The notes beneath the pieces were generated by a model. It worked only from the letters and a program-made list of their open reading frames with translations, did no database searches and was not told where the DNA came from. The position numbers and the translations under genes are program-made. A DNA stretch of 64,000 bases from NCBI GenBank assembly GCA_965207065.1, contig OZ242260.1, positions 672,001-736,000 of the forward strand, given 5' to 3'. The stretch is from a bacterium (lineage in GTDB: Bacteria; UBA8248). This document shows, piece after piece, positions 10,539 through 20,463 of this stretch (the first letter of the stretch is position 1; the number at the start of each line of letters is the position of its first letter).

Positions 10539-11546
10539 ATGAACTCCCGTGTTGAATTCGGTTTGATCATGGCCCTGACCATCCGTGGGCTCGCCGTCGG
10601 TAACTTCGAGGACATGAAATCGGTGGCCCGGGAGGCGGAGAGGCTGGATTTCGATTCGGTATGGCTCTGCGACCACTTCCTGACGCTCGACCCGAGTTCG
10701 TACGCCAAAGACGCCGGCTTCGAGGATGACAGGGACTCGGAAGGCGTCGGCTCGGGCTCCATCCCCCTGCTCGAAACCTGGACGGCGCTCAGCGCCCTGT
10801 CTCAAGTGACGAGCAAACTCCGCCTGGGCACCAGCGTCCTCAGCAACTCCTACCGCATCCCCTCGGTGCTGGCGAAGATGGGCGCGACGCTGGACCATAT
10901 CAGCGGCGGGCGGCTCGAGCTGGGCCTCGGCGCGGGCTGGATGCAGGAGGAGTACGAAGCCTACGGCATCCCCTTCCCGAGGGCTTCGGTCCGCATCGCC
11001 CAGATGGAAGAGGCGGTTCAGCTGATCCGCAAGATATGGACGGAGCCCAACCCCACGTTCGAGGGGGAGCACTACACGATAAAAGGCGCGGTGTGCGATC
11101 CCCCGCCGGTTCAGAAGCCCTCGCCCCCGATTTGGATCGGCGGGGAGGGAAAGAAAGTCCTTCGCGCCGCGGCGAGGCATGCCGATGGATTCAACGTGCG
11201 CTGGTGGCCGCCGGAGCGCTATCTCGAACGAAAAGACGAGATCGACGCCAACTGCGCAGAGGCGGGCCGCGACCCCGAAGCGTTCCGGCGCTCCTTGATG
11301 TGCCTGCTTTTGCCGAGCCATGACCGCACGAGGGTCGAGGCCGAAAAAAAGCGATTTGCCGCCATTCCTCAAACGGGTATAATCGCGGGCGAACCCAAGG
11401 AATGCGTGGAAAAAATGATGGAATACGTCGACGCGGGCGTCAGGCATTTTCTGTATACGATCCCCGACGTCGCCGACATGGATATGCTTCGCCTCGCGGG
11501 AGAAGAGATTCTTCCCGAGGTCAGGAATCTGTCGAACGGGGGCTGA
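10539..11546 (+). CDS. LLM-class (luciferase-like) flavin/F420-dependent oxidoreductase
   Basis: FDSVWLCDH, ATLDHISGGRLELGLGAGW and PPIWIGG. Confidence 0.9.
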   Translation: MNSRVEFGLIMALTIRGLAVGNFEDMKSVAREAERLDFDSVWLCDHFLTLDPSSYAKDAGFEDDRDSEGVGSGSIPLLETWTALSALSQVTSKLRLGTSVLSNSYRIPSVLAKMGATLDHISGGRLELGLGAGWMQEEYEAYGIPFPRASVRIAQMEEAVQLIRKIWTEPNPTFEGEHYTIKGAVCDPPPVQKPSPPIWIGGEGKKVLRAAARHADGFNVRWWPPERYLERKDEIDANCAEAGRDPEAFRRSLMCLLLPSHDRTRVEAEKKRFAAIPQTGIIAGEPKECVEKMMEYVDAGVRHFLYTIPDVADMDMLRLAGEEILPEVRNLSNGG

Positions 11547-11575
11547 GGCCCTCTTATAAGCAGGGAGATTTTCCA

Positions 11576-12265
11576 ATGAACGAACACCAGGAAATGGCCG
11601 ATTATCTGAAACCCACCGAATTCATCGATTCGGACAATCCCGACATCGTCTCGAAAGCCGAAGAACTCACCGAAGGCTGCGCGGACGAGAAGGAAAAACT
11701 CGGCAACATCTATTACTTCGTCCGGGATTTTCCCTACGACATTCTCGACTCGTTCCGCTACCTCGCGGAGGGAAAACGCCAGGCGAGCGACGTGCTGAAC
11801 AACGGCAAGGCGTTCTGCATGGGCAAGGCCAGCATGTTCGCCGCCCTGTGCCGGGCGTCGGGCATCCCCTCGCGCATCGGCTTCCAGCAGCTTCATTGCC
11901 CCGACAAGCCATTCATGAACGAGGAGGTCGCCAAGATATGGGGCGACCGCAAGCTGCCGTGGCACTCGCTGGGTGAGGCGTATCTCGACGGCAAGTGGCT
12001 CAAGCTCGACGCCACAATAGACAAGGAATTCGCCGCGCGGAAAGGGCGGGTATATTCCCAGGAGTTCGACGGCGTAAGCGACATTCCCTCCGTGGAAGGC
12101 CCCCTCATCAAGGACCTCCCCAGCCACACGGACTACCCCAAAGACGTGGCCGACTGGTATGAGCAGGTCGCCAAGGACGTGGTCTCTTCCGTCGAGGAAG
12201 ACGTGGTCCACAAGGACGTTCTCAGCGATCAGGAATGGTCCGGCCCGGAGGCCGAGAAACTGTAG
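11576..12265 (+). CDS. Transglutaminase-like domain protein
   Basis: Cys-His-Asp triad pattern in AFCMGKA...ALCRASGIPSR...WHSLGEAYLDGKWLKLDAT. RBS GGGAG precedes ATG 11576. Confidence 0.85.
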   Translation: MNEHQEMADYLKPTEFIDSDNPDIVSKAEELTEGCADEKEKLGNIYYFVRDFPYDILDSFRYLAEGKRQASDVLNNGKAFCMGKASMFAALCRASGIPSRIGFQQLHCPDKPFMNEEVAKIWGDRKLPWHSLGEAYLDGKWLKLDATIDKEFAARKGRVYSQEFDGVSDIPSVEGPLIKDLPSHTDYPKDVADWYEQVAKDVVSSVEEDVVHKDVLSDQEWSGPEAEKL

Positions 12266-12325
12266 AGCCGGGCCGCCTCTGCGGGCTGCTTGGCCGATAT
12301 ATTCGTTCAACCAAAGGAGTTTTTG

Positions 12326-13834
12326 ATGTCAGGTAGCCTTGTGAAGGTAACCGAGTTTCCCCTCACCCAGGAGGTGGAACAGCAATTCATCGACGGCGCC
12401 TGGGTGAAAGGCGAACGCGGCGATCCGATAGACGTGCTCAATCCCTCGAACAACGAGACGATTTTCCAGTTGTTCCCCGCTTCTGACGCGCAGGTAGACG
12501 AAGCCGTCGCCTCCTGCTGGCGGGCGTTTCATGACCCGTCCTGGAAGAAGATGCCCGCGCTAGAGCGCGGAAAACTGATAACGAAACTCGCAGGCCTGAT
12601 GCGCGAAAACGCGGAAACCCTCGCGAGACTGGAAGCAATCAACACGGGCATCCCCATCAAGGAGAGCCGCCTGGAATCCGCCTCCTCCGCGCGTCATTTC
12701 GAGTATTTCGCCGGGTGGGCCGGCAAGGTGGAAGGCAGCGCGCTGCCCCTCATGAACGATCGCCTCATGTATTCGACGAGAGAACCCCTGGGCGTCGTGG
12801 CCATCATCGTTCCCTGGAACACCCCGCTCAAGCTCATGTCCAGGGGTCTGGCCGCCGCTCTGGCTTGCGGCAACACTGTGGTCATCAAGCCCTCCGCCGT
12901 CGCCCTCGCCTCGGTGCTCTATTTCGGAAAACTGGTCGAAGAGGCCGGGTTCCCGCCGGGGGTGATCAACATCGTCGCGGGTTCGGGGCGCTCGACGGGC
13001 GCGAAGCTCGTGGGCCATCCCGACATCAGAAAAATCGTCTTCACCGGCGGCACGGAAGGCGGCCTGGAAGTCCTCGGACTCGCCGCCGCGAACGTGACGC
13101 CCGTGCTGGCGGAGCTTGGCGGCAAAGGCCCCATCATCGTTTGTGAAGACGCCGACCTGGATGAGGCCGCCGACGGCGTCATGAGCCAGGTGTTCGCCCG
13201 CCAGGGCGAGGTATGCTTCGCCGGAACCCGCCTGTTCCTCCCGCCATCCATCCACGATGCGTTTGTCGAGAAGATCAAAGATCGCGTCGAGGGGATAAAC
13301 GTGGGCGACGCCATGGATGAAGAGACGGATATGGGGCCGCTCATCTCTCCCGATCATCTCGCCGACGTCGTCGGTTACGTCGAATCGGCGCTCGGTGATG
13401 GTGCCAGCGTCGCCTGCGGGGGAGACCGCGCAAAGCCCGAAGGGGGGCCGGACGGGAACTTCATGCAGCCCACGGTGCTCACGGGCGTAAACCAGGGAAT
13501 GAAGGCGGCGTGCGATGAGATTTTCGGCCCCGTTCTCACCGTGCACGAATACGACTCTCTCGACGATGCGGTCAGGGACGCCAACGCCACGGACTTCGGG
13601 TTGGCGAGTTACGTCTGGACGAGCGACCTGCGCCGGGCGCATCGGCTCGCTCAGGATCTTGACAGCGGAAACGTGTTCATCAACACCTACCGCTACGGCT
13701 CGGAAATCCCCTTCGGCGGCGTGAAGAAAAGCGGCATCGGCAGGGAGCATGGCGAGGAGGCGCTGCGTGAATACACCGAGGTGAAAAGCGTCTGCATCGG
13801 CCTTTCGAGATGGCATTCCTGGAATCGGGACTAA
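12326..13834 (+). CDS. Aldehyde dehydrogenase family protein
   Basis: PWN, FTGGT, ELGGK, catalytic Cys in GEVCFAG, and EIFGPV. Confidence 0.95.
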   Translation: MSGSLVKVTEFPLTQEVEQQFIDGAWVKGERGDPIDVLNPSNNETIFQLFPASDAQVDEAVASCWRAFHDPSWKKMPALERGKLITKLAGLMRENAETLARLEAINTGIPIKESRLESASSARHFEYFAGWAGKVEGSALPLMNDRLMYSTREPLGVVAIIVPWNTPLKLMSRGLAAALACGNTVVIKPSAVALASVLYFGKLVEEAGFPPGVINIVAGSGRSTGAKLVGHPDIRKIVFTGGTEGGLEVLGLAAANVTPVLAELGGKGPIIVCEDADLDEAADGVMSQVFARQGEVCFAGTRLFLPPSIHDAFVEKIKDRVEGINVGDAMDEETDMGPLISPDHLADVVGYVESALGDGASVACGGDRAKPEGGPDGNFMQPTVLTGVNQGMKAACDEIFGPVLTVHEYDSLDDAVRDANATDFGLASYVWTSDLRRAHRLAQDLDSGNVFINTYRYGSEIPFGGVKKSGIGREHGEEALREYTEVKSVCIGLSRWHSWNRD

Positions 13835-13899
13835 GACGGCATCATGAAACTTGAGAATTTTCTCAACGCATTTCTAGCGCAATACAAGGAGGTAACATC

Positions 13900-14862
13900 A
13901 TGAAGAAGTTCTTGCTGGTTTTCGCACTCGCCTTCGTCGTCGCGGCGGTATCGGTTGCACCCGCCTCGGCCGCCTATCCGACGAAGCCCGTCGAGATGAC
14001 CATCACCTTCAAGCCCGGCGGCGCTGCTGACATCTCCGGCCGCACCGTGGCGAAAGCGGCCGAGAAAGTGTTCGGCCAACCCATCGTCGCCGTAAACCGG
14101 CCGGGAGCGGGCGGCACGATCGGCTTCGCCTACGTCAAGACCGCGCCTCCCACCGGATACAAGATCGGCTGGCTTTCGGCCTCGATCCTCACCGGTACGA
14201 CCATGGGGAAATTGCCCTATGACTACCGCGCATGGGATTACGTTTCCCGCCTGGTTTTCGAAGGAACCGCAATCGTCGTCCGGGCCGATTCCCCGTATAA
14301 GTCGCTGCCTGAACTCGTAAAGGCGGCCAAGTCGAAGACGCTCAAGATCGGAAGCGCCGGAGCCGGCAGCTTCACGCGGCTCACGGCATCCGCACTCGCC
14401 CAAAAGGCGGGCTTCAAGTTCCGTCACATCCCCCTGGGCAAGCGCCGCGTGCCCAGCCTGCTGGGCGGCGAGGTCGACGCGATTTCCGTCCATCCGCCCG
14501 AGGTACTGGCCCTTCACAAGGCGGGCAAAGTCCGCATGCTGGCCGTTTCCTTCCCGAAGCGCCATCCGGCCTATCCCAAGGTTCCCCTGTTCAGCGAACA
14601 CGGGTGGGACGTCGGTTTCTATCAGTTCCGTGGGCTGCACGTTCCCAAGGGAACGCCCAAAGAAGCGGTTCAAGCGCTCCACAAAGCCTTCGAGGTTGCC
14701 GCCAAGGACCCGAAAGTCCTGGCCACCGCCGAGAAGAGAGGTTTCCTGGTCTCATATATGGGTCCGGACAAGTTCCCGGCCTTCGTGGCCAAGCAGAACG
14801 CCCTGATCAAGGAGGTCGTCGTTTCGCTGGGTCTGGACAAGAAAAAGAAGATGAAGAAATAG
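13900..14862 (+). CDS. tctC: Tripartite tricarboxylate transporter substrate-binding protein (Bug/TctC)
   Basis: Signal peptide, YPTKPV, PGGAADISGR and NRPGAGG. Confidence 0.9.
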   Translation: MKKFLLVFALAFVVAAVSVAPASAAYPTKPVEMTITFKPGGAADISGRTVAKAAEKVFGQPIVAVNRPGAGGTIGFAYVKTAPPTGYKIGWLSASILTGTTMGKLPYDYRAWDYVSRLVFEGTAIVVRADSPYKSLPELVKAAKSKTLKIGSAGAGSFTRLTASALAQKAGFKFRHIPLGKRRVPSLLGGEVDAISVHPPEVLALHKAGKVRMLAVSFPKRHPAYPKVPLFSEHGWDVGFYQFRGLHVPKGTPKEAVQALHKAFEVAAKDPKVLATAEKRGFLVSYMGPDKFPAFVAKQNALIKEVVVSLGLDKKKKMKK

Positions 14863-14910
14863 ACTTCTGAATCGTGCCGAGGACGAAAAGCCACAAGGGA
14901 CCGGGTGTTC

Positions 14911-15396
14911 ATGGCGGAGGAGAGCAAAAAAATCAAACGCACCGTCGGACGCCTCGCCGTTCCGATTCTCCTGGTGGTTTTTTGCATCTGGTATGGTTCG
15001 ATTATTCTGGAGTTGCCCCAGGGGCCTGGAGCAGAAGGTCCCCTGGGGCCTTCTTTTGTCCCCTGGGTGTGGGCTGCGCTGCTGGTCGTCCTCACGCTGG
15101 TCGATATCGGGACGGACTACCTCGGTAAGGCGCAGGATAAAGCGCACGTCGCCATCGAGCGAAAGGGCGTTTTCGACGCCTTTACCCTCTGCCTCATGCT
15201 GGTGGGCCTGGCGCTCCTGATGCAGTATGTCGGCTTTACAGCCGCGGTCATCGCCTTTCTCGCCGTCTCCATCCGGTGGAGCGGAATCCGCTCCTGGAAA
15301 GTCATACTCCCCTACGTCGTCATCTTCGCCCTTGTGGTGAACTACGTCTTTCACCACATCCTCAAGGTGCCCCTGCCCCAGGACTGGCTCTTCTAA
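14911..15396 (+). CDS. tctB: Tripartite tricarboxylate transporter small membrane subunit
   Basis: About 4 TM segments, LGPSFVP, C-terminal LKVPLP. Lies between tctC and tctA. Confidence 0.85.
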   Translation: MAEESKKIKRTVGRLAVPILLVVFCIWYGSIILELPQGPGAEGPLGPSFVPWVWAALLVVLTLVDIGTDYLGKAQDKAHVAIERKGVFDAFTLCLMLVGLALLMQYVGFTAAVIAFLAVSIRWSGIRSWKVILPYVVIFALVVNYVFHHILKVPLPQDWLF

Positions 15397-15398
15397 AG

Positions 15399-16889
15399 AT
15401 GGACCTCCTGGTGGACGGCCTCATCCAGGCCCTGGCGTGGAAGCCTCTTCTGTTCGCCGTACTGGGAAGTTTTCTCGGCATCGTATTCGCGGCCATACCG
15501 GGCCTCACGGTGAGCATGGGCATCATCTTGCTGCTGCCTTTCACCTTCCACATGGCGAGCGTGACTTCCATGAGCCTTCTGGTGGGCGTATTCGTCGGCG
15601 GGATGACGGGGGGCAGCATCTCGTCCATTCTCCTCAACATCCCCGGCAACCCCGCCGCCATCGTCACGAGCCTGGACGGTCACCCCCTCGCCCGGCAGGG
15701 CCGGGCCGGGGTCGCGCTGGGCGTGGCTTTTTTCTCGAGTTTCCTGGGCGGGCTGTTCAGCCTCGTCTGCCTGATCACCATCGCCCCCCAGCTGGCGGAA
15801 TTCGCCCTGAACTTCGGCGCGCCCGAACTGGCGTCGCTGGTCCTGCTGGGTCTCTGCCTCATCTGCGGATTCGCGCAAACCTCGATGAGCAAGGCGCTCA
15901 TTTCGGGCCTGCTGGGCCTGAGTTTTTCCACCGTGGGCATGGACCCCATCGATTCCATACCGCGCTTCACGTTTTCCGTCGTACAGATTCAGCAGGGCGT
16001 CTCTTTCCTGCCGGTGATGATTGGACTTTTCGCGGTGCCCGAGATCATCTCCGGCATGCGCGGCTCCGTCGTCTCCCTGCCGGATTTCTCGACGCGCCTG
16101 CGCGACCTGCTGCCATCGCCGGGAACCTTGGCAGGCCTTTGGAAGACGCTCGCGCAATCCTCCCTCATCGGGACCACCATCGGACTCTTGCCGGGTACGG
16201 GAAGCGCCGTCGCCGCCTTGCTGAGCTACAACACGGCGCAGCGCCGCTCGCCGGAGCCCGAATCGTTCGGCACGGGAAAGCTCGAGGGCGTATCGGCACC
16301 CGAGGCCGCCAACAGCGCGATGACCGGCGGCGCGATGATCCCCATGCTCACGCTGGGAATCCCCGGCGACCCCGTCACCGCCGTCATGCTCGGCGCCCTC
16401 ACCATCCAGGGGCTCGCGCCGGGACCGCTTCTGTTCGAGAGCCACGGCGGTTTCGTGTTCTCGATATTCGGGTCCTTCTTTATCGCGCTTTTCCTGACCA
16501 TCGTCATCGCGCTTCTGGGCATACGCCTGTTCGTCCAGGTGCTGCGCGTGCCGCCCGGGCTGCTCTTCCCGAGCATCGCGGTGTTCTGCGTCATCGGCGC
16601 GTTCGCGCTCCAGAACAGCTTTTTCGACGTTTTCCTGATGATCGGCTTCGGGCTGCTCGGCTATTTCATGCAGAAGTTCGACTTTCCGATCATGCCCCTG
16701 CTGCTGGCGATCATCCTCGGGCCGGTGTTCGAGAAAAACGCGCGAATGTCGCTCATCCTCTCGGACGGCGACCCCGGCATTTTCTTCCGCAAGCCGATCA
16801 GCCTGGTGTTTCTGGCCCTGGCGCTCCTCTACCTCGTCAGCGTGTTTCTGAAGAGGACTTCATTTCTCAACAGGCGGGGGTCCGCCTGA
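15399..16889 (+). CDS. tctA: Tripartite tricarboxylate transporter large permease
   Basis: SILLNIPG, LDGHPLARQG, APEAANSA and LTLGIPGD. Confidence 0.93.
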   Translation: MDLLVDGLIQALAWKPLLFAVLGSFLGIVFAAIPGLTVSMGIILLLPFTFHMASVTSMSLLVGVFVGGMTGGSISSILLNIPGNPAAIVTSLDGHPLARQGRAGVALGVAFFSSFLGGLFSLVCLITIAPQLAEFALNFGAPELASLVLLGLCLICGFAQTSMSKALISGLLGLSFSTVGMDPIDSIPRFTFSVVQIQQGVSFLPVMIGLFAVPEIISGMRGSVVSLPDFSTRLRDLLPSPGTLAGLWKTLAQSSLIGTTIGLLPGTGSAVAALLSYNTAQRRSPEPESFGTGKLEGVSAPEAANSAMTGGAMIPMLTLGIPGDPVTAVMLGALTIQGLAPGPLLFESHGGFVFSIFGSFFIALFLTIVIALLGIRLFVQVLRVPPGLLFPSIAVFCVIGAFALQNSFFDVFLMIGFGLLGYFMQKFDFPIMPLLLAIILGPVFEKNARMSLILSDGDPGIFFRKPISLVFLALALLYLVSVFLKRTSFLNRRGSA

Positions 16890-17428
16890 GCATCGCTTTA
16901 CGCGGATAACAGGATTCCGGAAGCGGACGATGCGGGATGGGAGGATGCCGGGGAACGCGGTTTGCGGCCGCGCAATTGCCCGCATTTTCGGCTACCGCGT
17001 TTTTCGGGGATGCGCGAGAATCTCCCCGGGAAAGGAGGCGTTCTCATGAGCACGGCCTGTATGAAAAAGGGAATACCGCGGTCCACTCCCGGACGAGGAA
17101 ACGGCGCCTTTCCATCCGGCCGGCAACTATTCTTTCACGAACCGGGAGTGCGCTTTCGCGCCCGGGGACGAACCGGAAAGAACGCGCCGTGAATTTCGAT
17201 ACAATACCGAACAATTCGGTAAATATCGATAAATTCACGGGGTTTTTCGATAAAATAAACGCGCCGGACATCATTGTAACACATTGTAATTCAACGGATA
17301 TCAGCATGAATCTTAGCGCGGACGACTCAAATATGACCGAAAAAATTTTCAGGCGCCGCATTTGCCCGCATTTGGGATGAAATGGGCGTGCCTCCCCGCA
17401 TATCCCCGCAACAGGGTTCAGTACCGCA

Positions 17429-18325
17429 TCACGGGTTAATCCTCGAAGGCAGGCCCCCCATCTCGCGCAGCACCTCGTAGAAGGCGACGGTGTCCTCTTC
17501 CGCATAGCCCTTCTCATAGGCCACCTGCATCACCTGGGACCAGAGGTTCGTCATCAGCATGGGCGAGCCGTGGAGCTGGCCCTGCTCCAGCATGAGGCGC
17601 GAATCCTTGAGGGAGGTCTTCACCTGGCCCTGTTTCGAGTAATCCGCGTGGATCATCTTGGGGCCCTTGTCGATCATGGTCTTGGAGGAACACGCACCGT
17701 CTTTCAGCACTTCCAAAAGGGTGTCCATCTCGAGGCCCACCTTCGTGCCCAGCATAAGCCCCTCCGCCAGGGCGAGCCGGTTGCCCGCCAGGATCATGTT
17801 GATGACGAGCTTCGTCCGCGCGCCCGACCCCACCGGACCCATATGGTAGGCCGCCCGGCTGAAGCCGGCGAAGACGGCGCGGCAGGCGTCGAAATCCTCC
17901 GCCTCACCGCCTGCGATGACCACGAGATCCTTCGCGGCCGCCATCGTGCTCGTCCCGCTCACGGCGGAATCGAGAAAGCGGATTCCCCGCCCGGCCAAAT
18001 CGCCGGAGAGGCGAACCGAGTCCTCAGGACGCGAGGTCGTCGTATCGAGAAGGTAAAGGCCCTCTTTCGCGCCCTCGGCGATGCCGCCGGTACCCAGAGT
18101 CGCCTCGCGCGCGACGTCGCTGGTGGGCAGGGAGGTGATGACGAAATTCACGCCCCTGGCGGCTTCAGCCGGCGTCTCGACGGGCTGTCCGCCTTTTTCG
18201 CGTAAATCGTCCATGCGCGGCGGGTCCACGTCGAAGCCCTGCACCTCGAAGCCCGTCTCTCGCATGTTCTTGATGAAGGCCTGGCCCATCAGCCCCATGC
18301 CCACGATACCCACACGTTGCGACAT
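17429..18325 (-). CDS. NAD(P)-dependent oxidoreductase, 3-hydroxyisobutyrate dehydrogenase family
   Basis: GIVGMGLMG Rossmann motif, DSAVSG and TKLVIN. Confidence 0.9.
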   Translation of the reverse strand: MSQRVGIVGMGLMGQAFIKNMRETGFEVQGFDVDPPRMDDLREKGGQPVETPAEAARGVNFVITSLPTSDVAREATLGTGGIAEGAKEGLYLLDTTTSRPEDSVRLSGDLAGRGIRFLDSAVSGTSTMAAAKDLVVIAGGEAEDFDACRAVFAGFSRAAYHMGPVGSGARTKLVINMILAGNRLALAEGLMLGTKVGLEMDTLLEVLKDGACSSKTMIDKGPKMIHADYSKQGQVKTSLKDSRLMLEQGQLHGSPMLMTNLWSQVMQVAYEKGYAEEDTVAFYEVLREMGGLPSRINP

Positions 18326-18477
18326 TCTCGTTTCTCCTTTGGTGGTGATGAATTTCGCTCCCTTTTAGTGCTTTCGCGCTGCGAGAACAAGCGTCACAAC
18401 TCCCGCAGGGCAACTTGTGCGAGCGAAACCCCTTATGGCGCTTTCAGAAGCATCCCCAGCCGTTGTATTCTCTCGTT

Positions 18478-18574
18478 GGGAGCGCATCGGTGCTGGTGTG
18501 CCGCCTGGACTTCAAATCCAGTGGACGGGGCTAATCACTTCGTCGGTGGGTTCGACTCCCACGCGTTCCCGCCA
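18478..18574 (+). tRNA. selC: tRNA-Sec (anticodon UCA)
   Basis: 8-bp acceptor stem GGGAGCGC/GCGTTCCC, 6-bp D stem with a 4-nt loop, CTGGA-CT-TCA-AA-TCCAG anticodon arm, long variable arm, GTGGG-TTCGACT-CCCAC T arm, discriminator G and encoded CCA. Confidence 0.96.
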
Positions 18575-18592
18575 TTTTCACGCCCTGTAACA

Positions 18593-19336
18593 TCACACGA
18601 TGGTCAAACCGCCATCCAATACCAGAATCTGGCCCGTCATGTAGGACGAGCGGGGCGTCACCAGATACTCCATCGCGTCGAGCACCTCATCGACGCGGCC
18701 GAACCTGCCCATGGGGGATTTGCGGTAGCGCTCCGCCATGTTCTCGGGGTCGCCGTCTCCCTGTCCTTCTCTGAGCTTCGTGAGCACCGGACCCGCCGCG
18801 ATGGCGTTCACACGGATGTTCGAATCCGCGAGTTCGACGGCCAGCGCGCGCGTGAGGCCCTCGACGCCACCCTTTACGGCGACGTATACCACGCGCTCCT
18901 TGGCCGGCGTGTGCGCGTAGAAGCTCGACATGTTGACGATGGCGCCGCCACCGCGTTTTCTCATCTCCTCCGCCGCGCGCTTCGCGCACAGGATGTTGCC
19001 CTTGAGCCCCACGGCCAGCGCAAGGTCGACCGTGGCTTCCTCAACCTCCGCCAGAGGGCCGTTCCCCCGAATCACGGCGCAGTTGATGAGAATGTCCACG
19101 CCGCCGAATCTCGCCACCGCCGCGTCGAAAGCGCTTTCGACACCCTTTTCATTCGAGATGTCCGCACGCACGCCGAGGATGGAGCCATCCGCTTCGGTTT
19201 CCAGCCTGCGCAGGCCGTCTTCATCCACGTCCAGGGCCGCCACTTTCGCGCCCATGCCCGAAAAACGCCGCGCGGCGTCCGCGCCGATCCCCCGGGCCGC
19301 GCCCGTGATGACGAATATTTTCCCCTTTAGCTCCAT
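18593..19336 (-). CDS. Short-chain dehydrogenase/reductase (SDR)
   Basis: ITGAARGIG, YVAVK (YxxxK) and IRVNAIAAG. Confidence 0.92.
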   Translation of the reverse strand: MELKGKIFVITGAARGIGADAARRFSGMGAKVAALDVDEDGLRRLETEADGSILGVRADISNEKGVESAFDAAVARFGGVDILINCAVIRGNGPLAEVEEATVDLALAVGLKGNILCAKRAAEEMRKRGGGAIVNMSSFYAHTPAKERVVYVAVKGGVEGLTRALAVELADSNIRVNAIAAGPVLTKLREGQGDGDPENMAERYRKSPMGRFGRVDEVLDAMEYLVTPRSSYMTGQILVLDGGLTIV

Positions 19337-19385
19337 GATGAATTTTCCGCGCTGTTCTGCCCGAAAAAGAGCGAAAAAATCATGG

Positions 19386-20396
19386 TCAAAGCGCCACCTT
19401 TCCTTCACTCCCGGATATATCGAGCTGCGTACCCAGCTTTTCCGAAAGGGTTTTGAGAGCACCCAGAATTTCCGCCGATTTTGGCTCCTCAGGTCCCGGA
19501 ATCCGAGGGCTGCCGTCCTCTTCTATCAAAACGGGCGCTATCGTTACCCGGCTGAGCGCTCCGCCTTTGAGGTTCAACTTCAGACAAATCGACTCGCGCG
19601 CCGTGGGCAGGAACATCGGGTGGTCATGATCGAGGACAAAATTACCCAAGGCGTAAAAAATTGGCCGCCCGTGATACACCTCGACACCTTGCAGGATGTG
19701 GGGATGGTGGCCGACGACAACGTCCACACCGGATTCGACCGCCGCATGCGCCACCGCCTGCTGGGAAAGCGTGAGTGTGCGGCTCTGGCTCGCGCCCCAG
19801 TGGAACGAGGCCATAAGAAAATCGACCCTCGGCCGCGTGCGCTCGATGTCGGCGATCATCGCATCTAAATCCTCTTCGTTGACATATGGAGGACCATAAA
19901 GCGCATCCTGACGTATGGGCGCGACGCCCGGCTTTTTAGGGCCTGCCCCCCAGCCCAGGGGGAGTTCCAGCACATAAGATAAAAAACCGTATCGCACGCC
20001 TTCTTGTTCGAGAACGGCGGGCGTTCGCGCTTCTTGAATGTTCCGGCCCGCTCCCGAATATGCGATTCCGTTTCGCTCAAGCAGTTCCATCGTCTCGACG
20101 AACGGCTCGACCCCGTAGTCCATGCAATGATTGCTGGCAAACGCCAAGACGTCGAAGCCGCCTTCGAGATAGCCCTGAATCATCTCCGGGTCGTGGCGCA
20201 TCACGATCTTTCCTGTCGCGGGCGCGCCTATATGGGACATCGAGGCTTCGAGGCCGCCGAAGCGCAAGTCGGCCGCATCCAGATAAGAGGCAACTTTGGA
20301 GAAAGTTTTTTTTGGCTCGGGGCGGTCGATTTCCATATCGCCCACCACGACGAGCGTGGATTCTTTGACCTGAACATCTCCCGCTTCACCCGGCAA
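19386..20396 (-). CDS. CapA/PgsA-family metallophosphoesterase
   Basis: VGD, ASNHCMDYG, FHWG, GHHPH and YALGNF. Confidence 0.88.
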   Translation of the reverse strand: MPGEAGDVQVKESTLVVVGDMEIDRPEPKKTFSKVASYLDAADLRFGGLEASMSHIGAPATGKIVMRHDPEMIQGYLEGGFDVLAFASNHCMDYGVEPFVETMELLERNGIAYSGAGRNIQEARTPAVLEQEGVRYGFLSYVLELPLGWGAGPKKPGVAPIRQDALYGPPYVNEEDLDAMIADIERTRPRVDFLMASFHWGASQSRTLTLSQQAVAHAAVESGVDVVVGHHPHILQGVEVYHGRPIFYALGNFVLDHDHPMFLPTARESICLKLNLKGGALSRVTIAPVLIEEDGSPRIPGPEEPKSAEILGALKTLSEKLGTQLDISGSEGKVAL

Positions 20397-20463
20397 GGCT
20401 CACCCCCGTTGCTGATTTACTTCTCTCGCTCCTCATCCATTCAGAAAGAGCGCGTGAGATACC

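Noticed and set aside
15437-16909. Long Arg/Pro-rich alternative-frame ORFs, here and antisense ones such as 45843-47777, 12560-13816 and 30780-32063
   Set aside because: Expected by-products of GC-rich codon usage overlapping well-supported genes.
16890-17428. Short ORFs and a CATTGTAA direct repeat in the gap after tctA
   Set aside because: No recognisable protein motifs, and the gap lies between convergent genes, so a regulatory role is unsupported.
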